From: Candidatus Calditenuaceae archaeon
Lineage (GTDB): Archaea > Thermoproteota > Nitrososphaeria_A > Caldarchaeales > Calditenuaceae
Direction of reading: 5' to 3'
Length of the DNA: 64,000 nucleotides
Assembly: GCA_025059595.1 (NCBI GenBank)
Contig: JANXDI010000029.1
Span: forward strand, 157,561-221,560
The notes below the pieces were generated by a model that worked only from the letters and a program-made list of their open reading frames with translations, had not been told where the DNA came from and ran no database searches. Each line of letters opens with the position of its first letter. Position 1 is the first letter of the stretch. Below, in pieces: positions 58,144-64,000 of this stretch. A program made the translations under genes and the position numbers.

Positions 58144-60411
58144 TTGACAAAGGGCGGAAGGCTCGCCGGTTTAGCGGCCTTGGCCCTCATCCTAAGGCTT
58201 GTCCCCGCCCCCTTTACAGGCCACGGCTGGGACCTCTATGTCTGGCTTAGGACCTCGGAGCTTTTTCTCACAGAGCAGGTTGATATCTACCGCTATCCTC
58301 AGCTGGAGGGGTTTCCGTGGGGATTCTATGCCTATCCGCCCCCATGGCTATATTTGCTGGCAGCATCTAGGTACTTATCTATCGTAGCGGGCGGCGACGA
58401 GCACTTATCCATCCTGCTGATTAAGACGCCCGTAATCGCGGCGGATATTCTCTGTGGACTTGTTCTCTGGCTTACTGCTAAGCGTCTGGGCCTCGGCGAT
58501 GAGAGGTCGTATCAACTCGCGGCCGCTTACCTTCTGAACCCTCTGACGATATTCATCTCCGGTATTTGGGGGATGTTTGACGCCCTTCCAGCCCTTTTCA
58601 CCATACTCTCTCTTCATCTCTTACTCCTGAAAAGGGTGACTGCCTCAGCTTTCTCGCTAGGGCTAGCGACGGCTTTCAAGATTTACCCAGCAATTATCCT
58701 ACCCTCAATCATCCTCGCCCTTTCCAAGAAGGAGGGACTTAAACGAGTCCTAACGAGCTATCTACCCGTCTTTTTACTAACTCTGATAATTGTCTCACTT
58801 CCGTTTCTCGGCGACCTACCAAACTACATAGATAAACTTACATACCACAGATCAAACGTGGGGCAGTTCACCTACTGGACTCTCTTAGGAATCTTCATCG
58901 GAGGCGAGCTCTCTAGCGCAATAGGATGGCTCTTGTTCGCCACGTCTCTCTGCATCCTGCTTTACAGGCAGCATGTTGATGAACGGTGGAGAAGTAGTCT
59001 CCCCATCGTGTTCGCCAGCGTCTTTACTCTCTTTTTGGCGACTTCACCCAAGATAAACGTTCAATACCTCGTTCTGGGGCTCCCACTAATGCTTTTAGCT
59101 GCTTACACTCATGACGATGAAGAAGCTAGGAGGGAGGTTAGACGGAGGCTGGTTTTACTTCACCTCGCGGCGCTTGTCTTCTTTATTGGAAGCTTGTTCG
59201 TCATCGGCTACGATCCATCCAACTTTGGAAAGGTCTATAACCTCAACATCTTTGAGGCCGGGTTGGCCGGCTTCCTCATACTCGTGGCCGCAGGTATTGC
59301 AGGCTTGGAGTCGGTGAGGCTTACGCTGGCTCTGAACGGCTTCACGGCCCTCAAGAGAAGGCTAGACGAGAGGGCGGGAGTTGCCGTTATCATAGTTGTC
59401 GCCTTAATAGTGGTCACAGTTCTCCCGAGCCCTGCGGGCGTGAGACTGCCTCCACAACAAGTTAGAGTGGCTGTGCTGGAGAGCCCAGACTCCCTGTTTC
59501 AACCCGGCTCGACAGGCATACCCTCTGATCTTTATCGAAATCTCGCGGAGCCCACGCACATCGTCATACCCCTCTCTCCAGACTTCTACATTATGTATTC
59601 AGAGCTGAGACCAAGTACAGAAGTTTCAGGATATTTCAGGTTTAGGCTCGACTCGGGTGGTTGGTCTCTGAGAGATCTCTCCAACCTCATCAAGAGACTA
59701 AAGGCATCCGATATACAGGTTTTGGCCGGAGTTTTCACGAAAAGCAAAGACCTGCTCATGTCCTACGGAATGCAGGGCTATGACTCGGCTTGGTTGAGAG
59801 AAAACCCTCACTTAATCGATAAAGAAGACAGACTGAGCTTCGGCATAATCGTGTCGCAGAACTTGAGCTTAGCTAACGTATATGCAGAGCGGATAGCCAA
59901 CGTCGTCTACTCGATGGGTTTTGACGGTGTGTATGTTCTGACACCCACAGAGGGGCTGGTTTCTGTTGAGGATGTACTCTGGATTGAGCCTCTCCTTATC
60001 GAACTTCGGGCAAGCCTTGACCCCTCCATGAAGATCTTTGTCGATGGCTTGGACCCGGCATTAGGCAGCGAAGCAGTTAAGGCTATAATGCTTCATGTAG
60101 ACTTTGTGGTTTTTAGGTCTCCATCTTGGTTTAGAGAGATTGCCTCTGAGGAGCCGAGGCTGGGCTCCGAATATGTTGAGCAGCTGAGGGGGGTCTTAAC
60201 AGATTTGGGCGAGGAGGAGAGGCACCGGGTTCTTTACTCTTTGAACGTGATGGATTTCTCTAGCGGCTGGCTTGTGCCCGCCCTGCAAGTCCAGCTCCAA
60301 GTTGACACTTTCTCCCCCCTGATTAGCAAGGGCTTCGTAATTTACTATGCCTCACGCTACATCCCCTATCGCCTGACTATTGACTCTCTGCAGGGGAGGA
60401 CAGAGCTTTAG
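58144..60411 (+). CDS. Large membrane protein: N-terminal GT-C-like (DUF2029/PMT_2-like) polytopic domain fused to a C-terminal soluble glycoside-hydrolase-like domain
   Basis: About 12-13 TM segments in the first 420 aa (…FKIYPAIILPSIILAL…). C-terminal ~330 aa is soluble and contains 'SMGFDGVYV', reminiscent of GH114/GHL TIM-barrel hydrolases. No WWDYG motif, so not AglB. Confidence 0.4.
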   Translation: MTKGGRLAGLAALALILRLVPAPFTGHGWDLYVWLRTSELFLTEQVDIYRYPQLEGFPWGFYAYPPPWLYLLAASRYLSIVAGGDEHLSILLIKTPVIAADILCGLVLWLTAKRLGLGDERSYQLAAAYLLNPLTIFISGIWGMFDALPALFTILSLHLLLLKRVTASAFSLGLATAFKIYPAIILPSIILALSKKEGLKRVLTSYLPVFLLTLIIVSLPFLGDLPNYIDKLTYHRSNVGQFTYWTLLGIFIGGELSSAIGWLLFATSLCILLYRQHVDERWRSSLPIVFASVFTLFLATSPKINVQYLVLGLPLMLLAAYTHDDEEARREVRRRLVLLHLAALVFFIGSLFVIGYDPSNFGKVYNLNIFEAGLAGFLILVAAGIAGLESVRLTLALNGFTALKRRLDERAGVAVIIVVALIVVTVLPSPAGVRLPPQQVRVAVLESPDSLFQPGSTGIPSDLYRNLAEPTHIVIPLSPDFYIMYSELRPSTEVSGYFRFRLDSGGWSLRDLSNLIKRLKASDIQVLAGVFTKSKDLLMSYGMQGYDSAWLRENPHLIDKEDRLSFGIIVSQNLSLANVYAERIANVVYSMGFDGVYVLTPTEGLVSVEDVLWIEPLLIELRASLDPSMKIFVDGLDPALGSEAVKAIMLHVDFVVFRSPSWFREIASEEPRLGSEYVEQLRGVLTDLGEEERHRVLYSLNVMDFSSGWLVPALQVQLQVDTFSPLISKGFVIYYASRYIPYRLTIDSLQGRTEL

Positions 60412-60453
60412 GGTTAAGGTTCTTAAGGCGCGGCTGGTCTCTCGGTTGAGTAG

Positions 60454-61062
60454 ATGAGCGCGGGCTGGGAGCCGAGGACGCTGGTCGGTCGGCTGGTTAA
60501 GGAGGGCCAGATAACCTCGATAGAAGAACTCTTCTCGAGTAATTACCGGATAACGGAGCCTGAGATAGTAGATTATCTTGTTCCGAACCTCCAGCAGGAG
60601 GTCGTGGACATTAAGCTGGTTCAGCGGCAGACCGACGCGGGCGAGAAGTCGAGGTTCAAGGCCATCGTCGCTGTTGGCAATGGAGACGGCCTGGTTGGTC
60701 TCGGTATCGCCAAGTCTACGCAGGTGGTCATGGCGATTGAGAGGGCGGTTAGTAGGGCTAAGATGAACCTGATTTATGTTCAGAGGGGGTGTGGAAGTTG
60801 GGAGTGTGCCTGTGGAGACCCACACAGCCTCCGTGTGACTGTGAAGGGTAGGTGTGGAAGTGTGGAGGCCCATTTGTTGCCTGCTCCACGAGGCCTCGGA
60901 CTAGTTGTTGGCGATATTGCGAAGATTATGCTGAGGCTTGCGGGTGTGAGTGATTGTTGGTTGAGGAGCTTCGGTGAGACGAGGACTCCCCTGAGCATGG
61001 CGGGGGCTGTCTATGACGCCCTTAAGAGGACCAACTACATAGTCCTCCCGAGCATGTGGTGA
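60454..61062 (+). CDS. rps5: 30S ribosomal protein S5
   Basis: 'KAIVAVGNGDGLVGLGIAKS' dsRBD-like region and S5 C-terminal domain. Confidence 0.9.
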   Translation: MSAGWEPRTLVGRLVKEGQITSIEELFSSNYRITEPEIVDYLVPNLQQEVVDIKLVQRQTDAGEKSRFKAIVAVGNGDGLVGLGIAKSTQVVMAIERAVSRAKMNLIYVQRGCGSWECACGDPHSLRVTVKGRCGSVEAHLLPAPRGLGLVVGDIAKIMLRLAGVSDCWLRSFGETRTPLSMAGAVYDALKRTNYIVLPSMW

Positions 61063-61069
61063 ACATTCT

Positions 61070-61543
61070 ATGAGCAGGGAGCCTCTCGTGATTGTAATTA
61101 GAGTCCGCGGGGCCTCGGGGATGGCTGCAGAGGCTGAGCGTGTCTTGAGACTTCTGAACCTAAAAAAAGCAAACCACGCAATAATTCTCCCGCTTAACCA
61201 GAGCACCAGGGGGATGCTGAGGCAGGTTCATGCTTATGTTACATGGGGTGAGGCATCGCCAGAAATTCTCGCCAAGCTTCTCAAGAGGGGAGACCCCCTG
61301 CCCGGGGTAAAAGTTGAGGAGGAGTTGAAAAAGCTCGGAGTCAAAAATCTCGAAGAGCTTTCCGTGAAGATAGCGAATAGTGAGGTCGATTTGAGCGTCT
61401 TAGAGAAGATGTTTAAGCCGATTTTCAGGCTTCACCCTCCAAGAGGCGGTTTTAAGGGAAGCATAAAGCGACCTGCGGTCCAGGATGGCGTCCTCGGCTA
61501 CGCTGGAGAGAGAATCAGCCGGTTGATAGAGGTTATGAGTTAG
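61070..61543 (+). CDS. rpl30: 50S ribosomal protein L30 (archaeal long form)
   Basis: 'LVIVIRVRGASGMAAEAERVLRLLNL' is the L30 ferredoxin-like core. About 157 aa. Confidence 0.85.
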   Translation: MSREPLVIVIRVRGASGMAAEAERVLRLLNLKKANHAIILPLNQSTRGMLRQVHAYVTWGEASPEILAKLLKRGDPLPGVKVEEELKKLGVKNLEELSVKIANSEVDLSVLEKMFKPIFRLHPPRGGFKGSIKRPAVQDGVLGYAGERISRLIEVMS

Positions 61544-61599
61544 AGGTTACTCGGAGGATATATATCACGGGTTTGAATGAGAAGCTAGGGTGTTTCTGA

Positions 61600-62034
61600 A
61601 TGCCTGTGCGGCTCCGCAAGGTCCGGAAGAGGCGAGGGTCCCGGACACACGGATGGGGCCAGATTGGGCAGCATAGGAAACACGGTGCGAAGGGTGGAAG
61701 GGGCATGGCTGGTGGACACAAACACAAGTGGACTTGGGTGATAAAATATGCCCCCAACCACTTTGGAGAGAAGGGATTTCATCCCCCAACCTCAAAGGAA
61801 ATTAAGGCTGTGAACCTGGACCAGCTTTCAGTCATGGCCGAGAGGCTCGCCAGCGAGGGCTCGGCGAGAAGAGAGGACGGGAAAATAGTTCTGGACCTGA
61901 AAAGCATGGGATACGATAAGGTATTAGGAAAGGGGAGGCTCACGTTACCCGTTAAGATAATCGCCAAGTCATGGACATCAAAGGCGGAGGAGAAGATTTT
62001 AGCCTCGAACTCACTTATAGTGGCGGCTGAATAG
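61600..62034 (+). CDS. rpl15: 50S ribosomal protein L15
   Basis: 'RKRRGSRTHGWGQIGQHRKHGAKGGRGMAGGHKH' is the Gly/Arg-rich L15 N-terminus. Confidence 0.9.
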   Translation: MPVRLRKVRKRRGSRTHGWGQIGQHRKHGAKGGRGMAGGHKHKWTWVIKYAPNHFGEKGFHPPTSKEIKAVNLDQLSVMAERLASEGSARREDGKIVLDLKSMGYDKVLGKGRLTLPVKIIAKSWTSKAEEKILASNSLIVAAE

Positions 62035-62038
62035 GGGG

Positions 62039-63469
62039 ATGTCTGAGGAGAGGAGACGACTGGGGGAAGTCCTCAAGAGGGTCCTTCCCGAGGCAGCTAA
62101 GCCCGTTAGGAGGCTAACTCTCTCGGAGAGGCTGATCTGGACGGCCCTCGTTCTCGTCGTTTACGAGGCGATGAGCAGCACTGCCCTCTACGGCGTCACG
62201 GTCTCCCCCACCCAGGCCAGCCCATTGCTCCTCAACATAATATTCGCATCCAGCATAGGAACTCTCACAACACTAGGCATCGGCCCAATCGTCACTGGTG
62301 GGCTGATTCTGCAGCTCCTCGTTGGGGCGGAGATACTACGTCTCGACCTCAAGAAAAGTGAGGATAGGGCTCTCTTCACCGCCCTTAGCAAGATCTTCAC
62401 GCTCGTCATCGCGATATTTCAGGCAGCGGCCTACATCTTCGCAGGCTATTTCGGCACGCTCACGCCCAACGCACAGCTCCTCGTATTCGCCCAACTACTT
62501 CTAGCAACTATTGTGATAATGTTGATGGATGAAATGGTTCAGAAGGGCTGGGGCTTGGGTAGCGGTATAAGCCTCTTCATAGCCGCAGGTGTGGCTGGCC
62601 AGATTTTTTCAGACCTCTTCTCACCTATCGTCCTTCAAGACGGGTACTTCCACGGCATCATCTTGGCCATTATTCAAGGCTTAACGTCTCCCGAGGGTAT
62701 AGGCCCCCTATTCATAAGGCATGTCGCGCAGCGTGGAGACATCCTCGGCCTCCTTTCAACGATTGCCATAATTCTTCTACTTATCTACGTGGAGGGAGTT
62801 AGGGTGAATATCCCAATTAGCCACTCAAGATACGGAGGTTTCAGGGGCACATACCCCATCAAGCTCCTTTACGTCTCAAACGTCCCCGTAATCTTCGCAT
62901 CAACAATCTTCACAAACATTTACTACCTCTCCTCCATAGTCTGGTCACGATACAATCCCGACAACTCAAACCAGCTCCTAAACCTCATAGGCACATTTAC
63001 CCTCCAAGAAGGGGCGACTCAGCCAGTCCCAACCGGGGGGCTCGCATACTACGCCCTCGGCCCATCAACCTTCACAGACGCCTCAAGCGACCCCATAAGG
63101 GCTGTCGCCTTCGTTGGGCTGATGGTTGGATTCTGCCTGATGCTTGGGCGCTTCTGGATTACTGTCGGAGGCCTCGCGCCTGAGAGGGTCGCGGACCAAC
63201 TGATAGCAGCCGGAATGCAGGTTCCGGGTTTCAGGAGGTCTCCGGTCATCATCTCATCCATTCTCCGGCGATACATTTACACAGTCGCTATCCTGGGCTC
63301 AATAATAGTCGGCCTTCTAGCGAGCCTCGCAAACTACGTCAACGCATTCGGGACAGGAACAGGTCTCCTCCTAATGGTGAGCATACTTTACCAGTATTAT
63401 CAGATTCTGATGCGAGAGCGTATAGCGGAGACTTACCCCGCGCTCGCAAGACTGGTGGGGGAGGAGTAG
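62039..63469 (+). CDS. secY: Protein translocase subunit SecY
   Basis: 476 aa, 10 TM. SecY signature blocks (…GIGPIVTGGLILQLL…). Confidence 0.9.
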   Translation: MSEERRRLGEVLKRVLPEAAKPVRRLTLSERLIWTALVLVVYEAMSSTALYGVTVSPTQASPLLLNIIFASSIGTLTTLGIGPIVTGGLILQLLVGAEILRLDLKKSEDRALFTALSKIFTLVIAIFQAAAYIFAGYFGTLTPNAQLLVFAQLLLATIVIMLMDEMVQKGWGLGSGISLFIAAGVAGQIFSDLFSPIVLQDGYFHGIILAIIQGLTSPEGIGPLFIRHVAQRGDILGLLSTIAIILLLIYVEGVRVNIPISHSRYGGFRGTYPIKLLYVSNVPVIFASTIFTNIYYLSSIVWSRYNPDNSNQLLNLIGTFTLQEGATQPVPTGGLAYYALGPSTFTDASSDPIRAVAFVGLMVGFCLMLGRFWITVGGLAPERVADQLIAAGMQVPGFRRSPVIISSILRRYIYTVAILGSIIVGLLASLANYVNAFGTGTGLLLMVSILYQYYQILMRERIAETYPALARLVGEE

Positions 63470-63471
63470 AG

Positions 63472-63945
63472 ATGGTTGAAGTAGCGGTTTTCGAGATTCT
63501 AGGACTTTCGACCTTCTTAGCGCTGGTCTCAAGCGGCCTCAGGCGCGTGGTTCTAAGCAAAGAAGATATGCTTGCCATGCAGGAGGTCTCAAAGTATAAC
63601 CGAGAACTTATGAAAGCTCTTAGAGAGAAGGATAAGAAAGCCATCGAAAGGCTTGAGAAGAAGAAGGAATACATGCAAAAGGTTCAAGCGAAGATATTCG
63701 GCAAAAACATGACCCTGATGCTCATCAGCTTGGTCATCTTCTTCACATTCTTTTTCTTCGCGAACGCTAGGTATGGCCATACACCACTCCTAGTTATGCC
63801 ACCCGGGCTCGACCTCCCCTTCATATCTTCAGGCGGCAAAATGGAGTTCTTCGGCTGGTATCTCTTAACCTTCTTCTCGGTCAGCCTGCCGATAAACAAG
63901 TTTTTAAGTGTCCGAATCACAAGTCAAAGCGCAGCCAAGAAGTAG
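63472..63945 (+). CDS. DUF106-family membrane protein (archaeal YidC/Oxa1/EMC3-like insertase homologue)
   Basis: 157 aa. TM – coiled-coil 'EVSKYNRELMKALREKDKKAIERLEKKKEYMQK' – TM – TM. Lies directly downstream of secY. Confidence 0.55.
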   Translation: MVEVAVFEILGLSTFLALVSSGLRRVVLSKEDMLAMQEVSKYNRELMKALREKDKKAIERLEKKKEYMQKVQAKIFGKNMTLMLISLVIFFTFFFFANARYGHTPLLVMPPGLDLPFISSGGKMEFFGWYLLTFFSVSLPINKFLSVRITSQSAAKK

Positions 63946-64000
63946 CAGAGGTGATTGACGGTGGGCGCGGGTCTCAGGAGATGTGCTTGGTGCCGACGCC

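Noticed and set aside
1-64000. CRISPR arrays, IS elements/transposases, integrases, rRNA and tRNA genes
   Set aside because: I found no regularly spaced direct repeats, no transposase or integrase-like ORFs, no rRNA-like stretches, and no tRNA-like T-arm/acceptor patterns in intergenic spacers. All spacers are under 220 bp and are dominated by TATA elements.
63946-64000. Possible start of a next gene at the window edge
   Set aside because: Only 55 nt remain. No frame gives a recognisable N-terminus (e.g. an adenylate or cytidylate kinase P-loop), so no call was made.

Overview
This is a gene-dense (>90% coding), moderately GC-rich stretch of an archaeal chromosome. Leaderless 'TTTAAATA'-type TATA promoters, an Spt5/SecE/L11 cluster, aIF1A, topoisomerase VI, Cdc48, FEN-1, PolB, archaeal DnaG and pelota all fit a Thermoproteota (TACK) archaeon.

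Information-processing and chromosome-maintenance genes present:
- an overlapping smc-scpA-scpB condensin operon
- top6B, family-B DNA polymerase, fen, dnaG, alaS and pyrG
- ribosomal-protein clusters secE-spt5-rpl11 and rps5-rpl30-rpl15-secY-DUF106

Metabolic content:
- a hydantoinase/oxoprolinase (hyuA/hyuB) – hydantoin racemase – oligopeptide ABC transporter – M24 peptidase – FAD oxidase island
- orphan SufBD, NuoL/MrpA-like, Rieske, CbiX-like (decayed) and A-type ATPase H/C-like genes

I saw no rRNA, tRNA, CRISPR array or IS/transposase.

Most notable observations:
- a CbiX-family chelatase pseudogene broken by a C5 homopolymer frameshift plus an in-frame TAG
- an A/V-ATPase subunit-C gene whose conserved N-terminus has no ATG/GTG/TTG start and runs in frame out of an upstream coiled-coil (H-like) ORF across a single TGA
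- a scrambled L11/L1/L10/L12 locus with inverted L1, an inserted HhH-GPD glycosylase, alaS wedged between L10 and L12, and a P0 that appears to lack its acidic C-terminal tail
- a large membrane protein with a GT-C-like N-terminal domain and a glycoside-hydrolase-like C-terminal domain, encoded immediately upstream of rps5

All calls rest on manual reading of the translations and motifs. No database search was possible.
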